DNA of 64,000 bases, taken from contig NW_015164245.1 of NCBI RefSeq assembly GCF_001447785.1, positions 5,386 through 69,385 of the forward strand, read 5' to 3'. This stretch comes from Gekko japonicus. Taxonomy: Eukaryota. Positions 49,891 through 63,525 of the stretch are shown one piece after another (the first letter of the stretch is position 1; the number at the start of each line of letters is the position of its first letter). Both the position numbers and the translations under genes were made by a program. The notes beneath the pieces are model-generated. The model made no database searches. It was given only the letters and a program-made list of their open reading frames with translations, and was not told the DNA's origin.

Positions 49891-51676
49891 AATACAGGTA
49901 AAATTTACCCTATCAGAAAGAAAAGGACATGTTTGCCACTTATGAGAGTGTTTACACTTACATTGTTACACTGAGTTCCAGCCTGACTGGATGTTAAATA
50001 GATCGTCTACTTAGCAACCTAGAGGAATGATGGGCATTTCATTAAACTGCAATCAAGCCATATTCTGACTTTTGATCTGTAAGCAGGCCAGCACAAGGAC
50101 TTTCAGTATAATGACATTTTAAATACAGTCATCATTTTTAATAGCATTTTCATTGTTATCTGAATCACTGTCGTGCTGAATGAAAGGCAGATTCATTTTC
50201 AGAAGACTTTTAAAACTGAACAATTTTCTTAATAAGAATGGAATCAAACATTTGCTTAATGGTAGAGAAGTATGGCAAACTGTTATTGCTATCCTCATCC
50301 CTACCCAATAGTGCCATTGTCAGAGAAAACGTAATGAATTGGATATGGTGTCTTTCCCAAGGGTATAAAGTCCTCAACGGGATCTTTAAATTCTGAATCC
50401 ATACACATGTTTATAGCTTTTCAGATATGGCAGAACATTCACCTCTGTCTCTTTGATGGCTTCTTTCTTCGTGAATGGAATATATAAGCAAATATGTAAA
50501 ACTTCCAGCAGTATTTTGCACAAATGCAAGATGGGAGAGAGAGCAATCAGCTTTGAGGGAGGGAGGGAGGTGGGTAGTCGGCTTTGTATGAAAATAAAAT
50601 CCTTGTTACATTTTCTCGACTTAGAAGCATGGGGGAAAGTGGCAGGGTAGAGTGACAGGAAAGAATAGTTGAGAAAGAAATGTACAACCAGGAAATCTGC
50701 TTTAAAATATTATATATTAATTACTTATGTGCATTCAAAATAGGAATTGCAAATTGTTGTTTTGCATCCCAACACTGGCATATATAATATTCAGACTACA
50801 TACTAGCTTTCCTCTTTGTTTACATGACTCATCTTGAGTTAAAATGTGTTGAAGAATTTATCAGCAAGAACAATCAAGATTGCTATGGAAAATGTAATAT
50901 TGCAAGTAGGAACTGTGCAGAAAGTGGCAAGGAAAAATGAGACCACATCAATATACAGAATTATTATTTTCAAAAAATGAAAAATTACCAAACTTAATAA
51001 CTGTGGGATTCAAACATCATCAATACTAAGATAGAAAAGCAGTACAGGGAGATAACCTGTACTGAGGACACTTTACATTTAAAACAAGATTATGTTGTTC
51101 TGACAGCATTTTACCAACTATCATGCATATATACATTTTTAAGGAAGAGAATCATTAATTCATGACCTAATGAAAAGGTCTGTTGTAATTCATGAATAAG
51201 TATATTTCTTAACTGAAGATCCTGTTCACATTATGATTGTTTTTGTTTACCAAGAGAGAAATCCGAGCACAAAATTTTACCACCACAATGATCCAGATTA
51301 ATTATTTCAGTATTTTATGTACACTCTGTTCTTGGGGCTAGATGTATAAATAATAATACTGTTCTAGTCAGTCAGGACTGATAGGACTCATTTTAACATG
51401 ATTAAATCAGTTTTCCTGACTTGGCAAGTGATTAATCCACTAACACCAATAAAAAAGTACAGGGTTTTGTTGTTTTTTTAATTGGGAACTATGGTAATCC
51501 CATATTAATTATGTTCAGAAAGAATATTCAGAAAGAAGTGACATGTGAGGGAAAAAATCACTATTTACAATGTTGTTGTTGGCATCATGGGTACATATGC
51601 AGCTGTTCCATGAACAAAAGCTCACCTGGGCTAGATAAGCACCACTATCCTGATTATCCTCGGCCCCTATGAGACT

Positions 51677-52222
51677 CAGAGCCAAAACTACCACTGTCAC
51701 AAGTCCAAACCTTGGCTGCTGACACAATTTTATAGGAAATTTTAGCTGTTTAAAATTTGCCACAAAGGCCTAATCCTGCTGGGCCTGCGGTGTGGCGGCA
51801 GCAAGCAATTAGTGTTGCCATCTCTGGGTTGGGAAGTTCCTAGGCATTTGGGGATATAGCCTGGAGAATGTGGGTTTTGGGGAGGGGAGGGTCCTCCGTG
51901 GGGTTCAATGGCATAGAGTCCACCCTCCAAAGCAGCCATTTTAATCCGGGGGGATCGGTCTCTACTTTGGAGATCAGTTGTATTCTAGGATATCTCCAGG
52001 CACCACCTAGAGGCTAGTAACCCTACAAGCCATCTTGTTTCCACCTTCCTGCCTTTTAAAGTGCCAAAACTGCCACCCCATGGCAGTCTTGCCAATTGAA
52101 ATGTCCTGGGGGTAGCAATAAGAACATCTAGTGTCACTTCACTGTAGTCCGGATTAGAACTGGTACCTCATGGCAATTTTTAAACTGCTTAGTTTTCCTA
52201 TAAAACATGTAGTTTGGCCCTA
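51677..52222. mobile_element. Old TIR element with a nested AGGGTTGCCA-family MITE (51811-52025, minus)
   Basis: TTTTATAGGAAATTTTAGCTGTTTAAAATTTGCCA (51728) pairs with TGGCAATTTTTAAACTGCTTAGTTTTCCTATAAAA (52171); inner MITE core in reverse. Confidence 0.65.
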
Positions 52223-53227
52223 AGATACACAAAATCTTTTTCCCTAGGGATATATACACTTCGTAAGATTGGTGTGATATGTTCAGGACAATTTTGGCAT
52301 GTGTTCAGTTTTCCAATTGCCTTGACTACTTAATTGCCCCTCATACTTCTCATTCAAATTATTCACCCCGGAAATATGATACTGTGCCAAGCTTTTCCTG
52401 CAAATTTGTCACAAATTGTTCAGGCTACTTGCTTGCAATAACTAATATGCAATTTTTACTCTCAAAACAGGAATGATTATTAAAATTATTTTCGATCTGT
52501 GACATTTCATGCCTCTGACAAAGTGGCAGCTTATACCACAGTAAATCAATTAGTTGCCTCATTGTTGGCAAGACATCTGATGTCATGCAAAGCTTCCTGT
52601 TCAAGCTAATCATGTGGGGCCAGAATAAGGCCTGCATTGAATAGATGGATCTGGGTTGGGCAGTGTTTTGTGAGAAGGACAAAGAACCTTGGTCCCCCCC
52701 TTTGCTCCATACAGCAGTAAGTATTCAGACTCCCGTACTGCTGCTCTGAGTTTTTAGTTAACAGAGCATCTCAGCTGAAGAGCTGTTCCATGAAACTGTA
52801 CAGTGTACCTCCTGCAAAGCACACTTTGACTTTGTATAATCACACTACAGAAGGCCACACTTGGTAGGTTTTTTTCCCCAAACAGTAAGGCTAATTCAAA
52901 ATTGGATCAGGGCTGCAGGGGAGGGAATGTTATCCCTTTCCTACCACACTATCGTACTCATTTAAATTACATTTTAAGTGGCTATTTGCCACAAGTATCC
53001 TGTAGTCTAGCATGGGTTTATTTATGCTGGGGTAACCAGTCTACTCTGGGGGGGGTGTGTGCACATCAGATCTTAACCTATTATATGGATGTGTCAAGTA
53101 ATAGTTTTAGGCTCAGGGTCCAAGTTTCTGGGGTTTCATGTCTGAACCATTCAGAACTGTCTACAGTCGGGGTTATTTTGCACCCAACTACACCCAGCAG
53201 TGTAATGCTGAGGACAATACTGGGATG

Positions 53228-53400
53228 AATACGTGAAGCTTCCTTATGTAGAGTGAGACCATTGGTCTGTCAAGATCAATATTGTCTGCTTTGACTGACA
53301 GCAGCTCTCCAGTGTCTTTCACATCAACTAGTACTAACTGATCCTCAGACCTGAGGCCTTCTGCATTCACAGCAGGTGTTCTCCCCCCCCCCCACAGCCC
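53228..53400 (-). mobile_element. Decayed SINE with a CR1-like tail
   Basis: GTGAAGCT.CCTTAT..GAGTGAGACCATTGGTCT.TCAAG..TATTGTCT..GACAGCAGCTCTCCAG. Confidence 0.55.
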
Positions 53401-53852
53401 TTACCCACATTTTCATAGTATTTCCAATTCCATTGGTTGTTGGTGGACTAGCCAGTACAGAACAAGGGAATAAAAGGATGATGGCTAGAAATTTCAACTG
53501 TTTGGACTTGGATAACGCTACTGTCTCCAGTTTGAACCATAAGTATTGAAATAATATGCATGGTGTTTCTGAATAAATCCATAGGAAAAGTATCAGGGGG
53601 TATTGTACTCCTTGCTATTGTTGCAAAAGATCACAGGCATGATCTCATCTTTTGCAGCCTATAAACTTGGGTCATTTTATTCTACAGATTCCATGGGCAT
53701 GACCAAACATACGGCGTACAATATTAATCAGCGTTACTGAACCTCGAAATTCTCTTTTATCCTGTGACCTTGTAGTCATATTGGGGTTTGTGATGCAAAG
53801 CAATCTGGCAGAGTATCTGAAACCTAGCAAAACTCATATCTCAGCAATCTGC

Positions 53853-54556
53853 CTGCCTTAGATGTAAAGTTCAACATGTGTTTCCTGAAATATGTGCCAG
53901 CATACAGCAGTGGCAATGCTGGTGTGTGTGTGTGTAGTCTTTACTTTCATATAACCAATATAATTAGTGTTCATAGGCAATAAGCTTTATATGAGATTCC
54001 CCCCCCCCTTTTCGATAGGTGGTATTACCCATTGTAGCAGATGATGCTAGGTCATTCGCTTTTATTTTCCTGTAAACAGATTTTTGTTGTATTTTGGTAT
54101 TAAAAAGTTATATGCAGACTTTCAAAATAAAATATGTACTTCAAAGTGGCTTACTTGTAAATCTGATTTTGACTATGAATACACCGGGTGCCTAGAAACT
54201 GCCTTAGATGTAAAGTTCAACATGTGTTCCCTGAAATATGTGCCAGGATACAGCAGTGGCAATGCTGGGGAGAGGGGTGTAATCTAACAGCTTTACTTTA
54301 CTTTCATATAACCAATATAAGTAGTGTTCATAGGCAATAAGCTTTATATGAGATTCCCCCCCCCCTTTTCGATAGGTGGTATTACCCATTGTAGCAGATG
54401 ATGCTAGGTCATTCGCTTTTATTTTCCTGTAAACAGATTTTTGTTGTATTTTGGTATTAAAAAGTTATATGCAGACTTTCAAAATAAAATATGTACTTCA
54501 AAGTGGCTGACTTGTAAATCTCATTTTGACTATGAATACACCGGGTGCCTAGAAAC
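53853..54556. repeat. Tandem duplication of ~350 bp
   Basis: 53853-54198 vs 54199-54556; differences cluster in one (TG)n-containing block. Confidence 0.95.
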
Positions 54557-56458
54557 CAAAATCAGTTTATTCCAATATCTCCATGGCATGTCTAAGCCTA
54601 CAGTAAAGTTGTAAAGTTGAAATTGCTAAGGCCAATGCTATTTATTGAAATACAATATTTATTCATACAATACTGAGCCATATATATTTTTTAGGTTGTA
54701 TTATTATCACTTTGTATTGCAATTTTAAATATTGTTCTTCCACCCCCCCTTCATAAATTAATTTTAGCAATCTACTTTCCACCCAGTGGATAATATTATT
54801 CTTCATTTCACCATAAAATTAAATAGTGCTTAAGAAGTTTGGTTGAAATCTAAGAAAGAGTGACCATTGTGTACTCGGCATTTTAAATTGAGGGACAAAA
54901 ATCAGCCAATACCTTCCTTATCATACTTGCAAGGTGGCTCAGGGAACCAGATACAATTGCTGAAGATGAGCGCATGATATTTGTTGACAGGCCCATGGAG
55001 AAGGTAGATGTAATTAGGTTCTTTAAAGTTTATGAAGACCACGAGCTAGAGATGTGTTGTAACAGACAGAATGTCAGGCTTGAGTGGGCTGTGAGTTCAG
55101 CTTAGCCATGAGATACCCTTGGACAAGTTAATATCTCAGCTGGTTCTGTCTCAGGGATTTTGAGAGTTTAGCAGTCCAATCATAAACAAAGTTACACCCT
55201 TTTAAGCTCACTGAAGTCAATGAGTCTCTGTTGCCTTGATCTCAGTGGAGGATATGAGAAATACAAAGATGCAAATAATGTCAACATATTTTAATATAAT
55301 ATAGTGAGATCCTGCTGTTAGCTAACTAGTGATGAAATGTATTGATCTAATGATGAAACATTGATCTCATTATGAATGAATAACCAGATTCTGGATTGGT
55401 ACCATAGATCTGGAGAATCTCAAAGTCTTCATCTTTCTAGAATTTTTCAGATTCTTAGGTCATAATGTAGAAACATTTCACAAGGTATTCTGTAGGCCAT
55501 TCAGTCAAAGCTGTGCCTTGAGAGAAGATAATATAGTGAGTATAACTGAAGCCTATCTTCCTTTTGTTAGAATGTACAAGGGATGAAATTCCACAATTTA
55601 CTTATTTCATTGTTCAGTTTGTTAGTATAACTAGGAGGCTTATCCTAATATGTAACCCCCCTACTGTAGCTTCTGCAGTTGAGGTTTATGACAATTACTT
55701 CCAGATAAATTCATACTCAACTTTACATTTACAGTGAACATTTGAACATGATCTGTATTCAGTCCTCCTAGTACTTGCTATGTACTTGCTATGACTTGTC
55801 AATAAAATTTAGTGTTAAGTACAGAAGGAAACACAGTCCAGAAAAGGACAAGTTGGTTGGATCATGTTTACAGAAATGCTAAGAACCAGGGGAATGTTTA
55901 CTTGTCTTGGCTCAAAGTGCACTTGAAAACTTTGAAGAGAATTTGAACCACAGTGGGTTCTATAGTGTTGTTAATGCTTCCTGGTGTCTACGTTACAAAC
56001 AAGAAATAATGACTACAGCATTGTATTTGTTTTCCCCTTATCACAAGAAATAGGTAAACATCAGAAAGTCCTGAGGTCCTGCTCTTTTCTGATAGGCACC
56101 CAACCATTTTGATTCTTATTAAAACTTTATCTCAACTATTGAAATCTCTTGAGTTTCCAAAATGTGCCTGGAAATCTAGTGAGAACATTTTTCTCAGGAG
56201 TTTATAAGTGCTTTCTGCCTTTGATCAGAGNNNNNNNNNNNNNNNNNNNNNNNNNNNNNNNNNNNNNNNNNNNNNNNNNNNAAGAAGACCAAATAAAACA
56301 GTAGAGGAAGTAGGATGGTTGTTATCTATACCTGGAAAAGTCATAACGGCTCCATTAATTTTGAGTTCAGTGCTGAGGTTAAGGATTTACATAGGTTGTT
56401 GCAGCTCTTTCCAAACATTATTTCAGTTTCAGGAACACTGAGATCTTCACATAATTCT

Positions 56459-56786
56459 GAAATATAGGGAATTGCCCCTGCTTCCTAACATACACTGACC
56501 TAAGCACTAGAAGTCAAAATGTTACCTATGAAGTAGTAGCACAGGAAGGTATCTCTGCTGTCCACCTCTTCCTGGATGTGAGGGCAGATGTCTAACATCT
56601 TGATCTACGTGTAACTGAAAACGAAATATAGGGAATTGCCCCTGCTTCCTAACATACACTGACCTAAGCACTAGAAGTCAAAATGTTACCTATGAAGTAG
56701 TAGCACAGGAAGGTATCTCTGCTGTCCACCTCTTCCTGGATGTGAGGGCAGATGTCTAACATCTTGATCTACATTTAACTGAAAAC
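56459..56786. repeat. Tandem duplication, 2 x 164 bp
   Basis: Copies identical except 2 positions near the end. Confidence 0.95.
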
Positions 56787-56799
56787 TGATGGAGGTGGA

Positions 56800-57070
56800 G
56801 GAGGAGGAGGAGAAGAAGAATTAGATTTATACCCTGCCCTTCAGTTGGAGTATCAGAGCAGCTTACAATCTCCTTCCCTTCCTCTCTCCACAGTAGACAC
56901 CCTATGAAGTACGTGGGGCTGAGAGAGCTCCAAGAGAACTGCTCTTGACAGAATAGCTCTGAGAGAACTGTGACTGACCCAAGATCACCCAGCTAGCTGC
57001 ATGTGGAGGAGTGGGGAATCAAACCCAGTTCTCTAGATTAGAGTCCATTGTTCTTAATCACTGCACCAAA
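56800..57070 (-). mobile_element. Squam3-like SINE
   Basis: (GAG/GAA)n tail complement, TTTATACCCTGCCCTTC, GTGGGGAATCAAACCC B-box complement. Confidence 0.88.
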
Positions 57071-57667
57071 GGAGCATTCGAAACATGTCCTTCCGATGGA
57101 TTCTGAGCCCACCTTTATATCAGAACTCACAGATAGGGGCTGAAGAGCCATTTAGTGTTGTCCATGTCCTCTTGCTCGTCACTTTCTATCACTGCTGCCT
57201 CCTCCTTTTCCACCCCTGACTGGAAACACTTCAGAGCTGGAGAGGAGAGGCACAGATAAGTAAATGGCAGTAGTAGCAGTGGGATGGGACAATACCAAGA
57301 GATATGAGGACACATTTGGAGAAGGACCATATCTCATACTATAGGTTCCTAGTTCAGTTTCCAGCATCTCTTGTTGATCAAGGAAGTGAACTTGGAGGTA
57401 TGACAACTCTCCTTTTATATCATCCTCCACTCCATATTTACTTGGACATGTTCCATTATTTTCTGTAGGATTGACTTCCAAATAGCTAGATATCTAGTGC
57501 AAAATTTAGGGCTGTTTTCAGAATGGATGCATGTGAGACCCAGCCTCACCTTATCTTTCCTTTGTTATACACATCAGTATATGCTCAGTGTTGTCAATCT
57601 TGCACCTTCCATTCTGCTACATCCCCTTCATAGATCACATTGAACTTATCAGCATACACTTGTAGAT

Positions 57668-59260
57668 ATTATTATTATTATTATTATTGTTATTGTTATT
57701 GTTATTGTTATTGTTATTGTTATTTCCATCTTGCTCCATTTCCCACAAGCACACAGGGTAGTGTACAATGTGTATATACTTCAGTGCATAAAATAAAATA
57801 CATAAAGTAAATATACATCAGTACATAATAAAATGTACACAATACAATTAAGCTCCAGTACTATTCAGCAATTTGATGTATTATTAGATGGCATCACAGA
57901 TAGCTGGGGTGGTTGACATACAATCCATATTCCACCCATGGAAAGTATTCCACCCATGGGGAGGATCTTAACCAGGAGAGAATAGAGAATGGGGGGGGGG
58001 AGCAACCCAGGAAGCCACTGATCTCTCTGTCCTCAACCATATGCCTGGTAGAACATCACGGTCTTACAGGCCCTGTGGAACTGAGCTAAGTCCCACAGGG
58101 CCTGGATCTCACTAGGAAGAGAGTTCCTCTAGGCCCTGGCCCTGGTTGAGAAAAGCCAGACCATTTTGGGACCAGGACTACCAACAAGTTGGTAGCATTG
58201 GAACATAATGCTCTCTGAGGGGCATATAGGAAGATGCAGTCCTGCAGATATGATGGTCCAAGACAATTTAGGTCTTTGAAGATAAGTACCAAAACCTTGA
58301 ACTTGATTCAGTATTCAATCTGGAGCCAGTGCAGCTGATCGAGCAGAGGTCATATGTGTGCTCTCAAGGGGGTTCCCATAAGGAGCTGCACAGCTGTGCT
58401 CTGGACCAGTTGAAGTTTTCCGAGCAAGTTAAAGGGCAGCCCTGTGTAGAGTGAGTTACAGTAATCTAGTCTAGAGGTGACTGCTGCATGGATGACTGTA
58501 GCTAGATCAGTGCAGGACAGTTAGGGGACCAGTTGCCAGGCTTGGTGAAGGTGGAAAAATGCTGTCCTGGCTGTATTTGTGACCTGTGCTTCTAGAGTAA
58601 GAGAGGCCTCAAGGGTCACACCCAAAGTCCTGATGGAGGAAGCTGGTATCAGCTGTACCCCATCCAGAATGTGAAGCTGAAATCCCAGTCTTGCGCCCCC
58701 AGACCCTGTCTTTCATGGGCTCAGCTTCAGGAGATTCTGTTTTAACCATCACACCATAGCTCCCAAACAACTGGTCAGATATTTCAGGGTGGTATCTATC
58801 CATCTGTACCTCAGTAGATACAGCTGGGTGTCATCAGCATATTGGTGGCACCCTAGCCTGAACCTTCTGGCTAGCTGGGCAAGAGGGTGCATGTAGATCT
58901 TAAAAGCATTGGGGAGAGGGACACCACAAACCGATGGGTATTGCAAAGAAACCCTCTCTCCAAGCACCACCCTCTGTCCCCACCCCCAGAGACATGAGCA
59001 CTGCCATTGTAAGGCAGTCCCACATATTCCAGTGGCAGCGAGGCAGTGGGTCAACAGGTCACGCTGAAAGATCTAATAGCAGCAGCACTACTGACCCACC
59101 CCAATTCAGCTTTCAATGGTGGTACAGGGTGACCAAAACTATCTCCGTCCCGTGACCAGGTCAGAAACCAGACTGGAATGGATCCAAAGCCGATGTATCA
59201 TCCAAGAAAGCTTGCAGCTGCTCTACCGCTGCCTGTTCAACCACCTTGCCCAGAAATGAC
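57668..59260 (-). mobile_element. L2 LINE with RT domain, decayed, and (TAA/CAATAA)n tail
   Basis: FKIYMHPLAQL..GCHQYADDTQLYL (YADD RT motif); FKDLNCLGPSYLQD..Y.PQRAL; microsatellite tail at 57668-57723. Confidence 0.92.
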
Positions 59261-61459
59261 ATATTCGAGACTGTGTGATAGTTGTCCAGATCAGAGAAGC
59301 ACATATGATATTTGGGTTTCTTTATGGTGCATTAGAACAACTTACACCAAATCCTATAAGCTTTCTGCCCTGCATATGAACCATAGAACCAGGCCATAAC
59401 TCTTAGCAAACAGAGTGGTTATGGGGTAATATCCAAACTTGAGATATATTGAATTGTATCTAATGCCTCCATTCAACTGAGAGAACTTTCCTTTTCTGGA
59501 GCCTCTTTTCCCAGCAGAAAATTCCTTAATTCACAGCAGAAATCTCCACCATCAGTGAAATGGAGTTGTTGGATTACTTAAATAATAGTCAAACCAGTGA
59601 CTAGTAGGATAAACTCACTAGCTTTTCCTAAAAAGAACAAGTTCTTAGAATCTGGTTATTACTCTAAATGCCATTATTTTGACTTGCCCAAGGAACACTT
59701 GATTTGCTCTTATCCACTAAGCCAAAGCATTGACTGAAAATATAGACTTTGAGGAAAGATTCAAAAGAAAATGTGGTGGCATCATGTAGTCATTCTTGGA
59801 TAGGGTTCCAGGCTTAAGAGGAAGCAAGGAAGAATGATCAGTCATATAAAGTTCTTATGCATAAGTGACAGGACAGAAATCAGATATCATTTTTTCAAAT
59901 GGCCATAAATGTATTAGATATTCATTACACAACACACAATCTTCATGCGATTTATGTTGTTTTATGTGCCGTGGGAATGTTTTTCTTTTTTTCTGTATGA
60001 AAACATTTGATACTGTGTGCTGATCTATACATTACCCTTCAATTGTCCTACAGCTCTACAATTCTACTTTGTTCTGGTTTTCCCGTAGCCATTATTTTGG
60101 CATCAAACTATGTTGAATTACATGCCATCTTATTCCATCTACTTTTGCTTAATTTCACATGCCAGGGGAGGAGGTTTGAAACTGTCATTTTGGAGATTCC
60201 TGTCTTGCATAGAATATGCGAGTTGAGGACATGTGGTATTGCCCGCCAAATGCTATTGGAGAGGCAAATGTTTGGTTGGGTTAGTTCTATTCCTCATTAC
60301 TTTTACTCTAATAGATTTTATCTGTTAGCATCAAACATATGGATGAGAGTTGCCAAAATGAGGACATCAGTGTAGCAGTAAATCATTTTTAAGTTCTGCA
60401 ATTAGTAGGGGCAGTAACAAAATGTTTCAGAGGAAGCATTTATTATTGGGAAAGTTAGGGATTGTTGAAAAATAGATCAACATTTCATGTCCGATTAAAA
60501 CAGTGGGATGGGATTTACTTATGGCTAATCTTAAACATTATGCATATAGCATATTACTTTTGGTGATTTGTATAGTATTTTTTAAAAATGTTATGCTTGC
60601 TAATCAAAAACAAGAGACTGACAGGTGTCAGGGCATATTTCTACTTTATCTCTCCAAGGGGTACTTTTAAATACAGATTCCTGCAGAGTCTAAAGTGGAG
60701 AGCAGCTAATTGATGCTTCAGCTATTTTAAAACTGATTTCCATGGTAGCGTTCATTGAAAGGGGTGGGAAGAAAATGTTCACAGAATAAAATGTAAATCC
60801 TTTGTGTTTGTTTCTGGTTAAGATTATTACTCTAGAAAACAAATTAAATAGCACTACTATATATTTCTGTGATACAAAATTTCTTAAACATAGCTACAAG
60901 AGAGATGCCTTAGTAAACAGCTCCAGTTCAGGCATCTTCTCACACTGTTGGGGAAGGTATTGCGTGCCACAATTAGCAGCTGAAAAGTCTCATGTGGAAA
61001 TACTCACTGAGCCCCCAAATATGTATGGCTACTTCTGAAAGCAGCAGTTTGCAACTTCTCTCCCTGTGCCTTCAGGAATGTTTCATTAAACAAGATGCAT
61101 GTCCCAGTCCAGTTAAGCTTCCCCTCCCTACAAAGCAGAAGCCAAAGAAGTGACCAGGCATGTACAAATCTTTGGCATGATGATGTCATCTTAGATATTT
61201 TTAAACTGTTCCTGTAAAGAGACAGACAGGAGATACCGGTTAGAAGTAGCTTTGCATGCTTCTAATCATGTGGTTTGTGCCTGAGATTGATGGCAATTTG
61301 CACCCTCATTCTGTGCCCATTGTGCAAGCAAGAATTTAATTTGCCTATCAAGCAGGAGACACTTCCCCTATTAGCCTGTGATTTGACAGGAATAATCTTC
61401 TCCCAAAGGCTCCTATCCCTAAAAATTTCATCCCAAAATTTGAAACCAATGGTACAAAG

Positions 61460-61523
<64 letters not shown>
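61460..61523. repeat. (GATA)n microsatellite
   Basis: Seen directly. Confidence 0.97.
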
Positions 61524-61524
<1 letters not shown>

Positions 61525-62286
61525 TGAAATAACAAAAATGAACATGTATATGACAAAAATAATAGTATTTTTGTGCATAACCCTATGTGAGAGTATGCAT
61601 CTGAAACAGTAACACTTCCTTATTTGTCCTGTGTTCCTTAAAGCATTTAGTAGCTGGACTATGTTGAATCCCTTTACATTAACTTGGACCTTCCAGACCA
61701 TTTCCACAGACAGAAGGATTTCCACCAGCAAAGAGAGACTTCCTCATCCCTCCAACCGCTGCTGACCCAAATGCCCCAAAATGCTACTTGGGTGGGCAGA
61801 CAGCATTTTGGCAGTAGGCTTTGGGGACTCCATTGGACGAGGGAGACCAATGGCGAGCCCTTGAGCTTGGAGGAGGCACAAGGAGGAGGCCTCAGGACGC
61901 CTCAGACAGGCCAGATTGTGGAGCACGTGGTGTTAGGACCTTTACCCGCTGTGCGAGGCAACAGCGGACCCAAGTGGGCTGTTGGCTGGCTGCCAGGTGA
62001 GCAGAGCATTAGCAGGAGGAGACCAGGGCCGACTGGCAGCCCTTCACCAGCAGAATGATGAAACGGGCAAAGTGTGGCCAGGCTTAGAGCTGCGCTTGGC
62101 AGTGGGGATGGTTAGTGGCGTGGTGGCTTTCCTCACGCTGTTCTTGCACCTCAGTGAGTGAGTTCCCTGCACATGCCCAGAGCAAGCGGTTGTAGTTTTT
62201 TTGGGATTTAGGTATCCCCTGAATACTTTTTGAAACATCTCAGATTTTTCTGCACCCCTGTGGAGTCCCAAGTGTGCAGGAATATC

Positions 62287-62395
62287 TGTTGACCCTCCAC
62301 ATCCACAAGATTTGTGGAAATAAGTGTGTGTGTGTGTGTGTGTGTGTTGACCCTCCACATCCACAAGATTTGTGGAAATAAGTGTGTGTGTGTGT
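62287..62395. repeat. Tandem duplication differing only in (TG)n length
   Basis: TGTTGACCCTCCACATCCACAAGATTTGTGGAAATAAG(TG)n occurs twice. Confidence 0.95.
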
Positions 62396-62516
62396 ATATA
62401 TATATAACTGCTATTAAACGGTTGAATTAAAAAGTGTTAGGAAACTCAGTAATTTCATTCTCATGTATTTTATTTCAGTATCCAAATATTTTCTGTGAAC
62501 TAAATATTATGATAGC

Positions 62517-62737
62517 CCTGACCTAGATAGCCCAGGCTAACCTGATCTTGTCAGATCTTGGAAGCCAACAGGGTTAGCCCTGCCTAGTATGTGGATGGGA
62601 GACCACCAAGGAATACCAGAGTCACAACACAGAGACAGGCAATGGCAAACCGTTTCTGAATTATTATTTCTTGCCTTTAAAAGCCCCATGGGGTCACCAT
62701 ACATCAGCTGTGACTTGATGGCAAAATAAACAAACAA
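62517..62737 (+). mobile_element. 5S rRNA-derived SINE (SINE3) with an RTE-like tail
   Basis: CCTGATCTTGTCAGATCTTGGAAGC..CAGGGT..CTAGTA..TGGATGGGAGACCACCAAGGAATACC matches the 5S internal promoter region; tail GGGGTCACCATA..CAGCTGTGACTTGATGGCA(AAAC)n. Confidence 0.85.
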
Positions 62738-63525
62738 AACTTTATGAAGATGAATTTTAAGTTTAGCTGAACTTGATTAGAAGAATGATAAAATGGTAAG
62801 GACAGATTTAGATTTAAATATTGACAAAATTAAATGTTCTGTGACCAAAATTTGTGGGTACCTGGTATTTAATTTCTACTGAGGAATGCTATGAGTATTC
62901 AAACTGAGGATTCTGGGGATGTTTAAAGCTGATTATCCAATAGAGTTGTGTTTGTGTGTGTTGATTGGCTTTGCCCATTTGTCATTTCTCTGCTGTGTGG
63001 TACATCTCACCTTCTGTTTGATGAAGTTTAATAGAGCAAAGATTGAAATTCAAGGACAGTTGGTTTCCATAGTTTCTAGGTTCTTTACATTTTTGGAGCA
63101 CTTGGGACTGAAAAAGGTACCTTCATTTGCTGTCTTAATCCATATGGTCTAAGACTAGCAGATGCTGGGAAAGATTTATGTAAATTATGACTCATACAAT
63201 TTGCTGGATTTTTCCTGGCATTTCCCAACTTAATTTGTCAAAATATTGTATAAAAGCCTGTTCATTTATAGGATTAACAAATAAAACCTACATTTAGAAA
63301 GTCTGTCATAAATGACTGCATGCAGTCTGCTTGGCTTTCCTGCCAAAGGCTGTTGATGCTTAAATTAGCCACCTGATGGTATGATGTTTGCTGCTCACAA
63401 ATGTCAGCTGCACATGAAAGAAGTCTCAGAGTTTTTCCATGAAACCCCTTAAAATTCAAAATGGGCCTTATAAGTGCACCAAGATTGGCTAAATTTCTTG
63501 TTTACTTATGGCCTAATGCTCAAAA

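Noticed and set aside
54620-54830. Possible L1 3' fragment
   Set aside because: Too degenerate to support; no TSD found
57127-57481. 100-aa minus-strand ORF as a host exon
   Set aside because: No recognisable homology or convincing splice sites
62530-62620. Functional 5S rRNA gene
   Set aside because: Diverged and fused to a SINE tail
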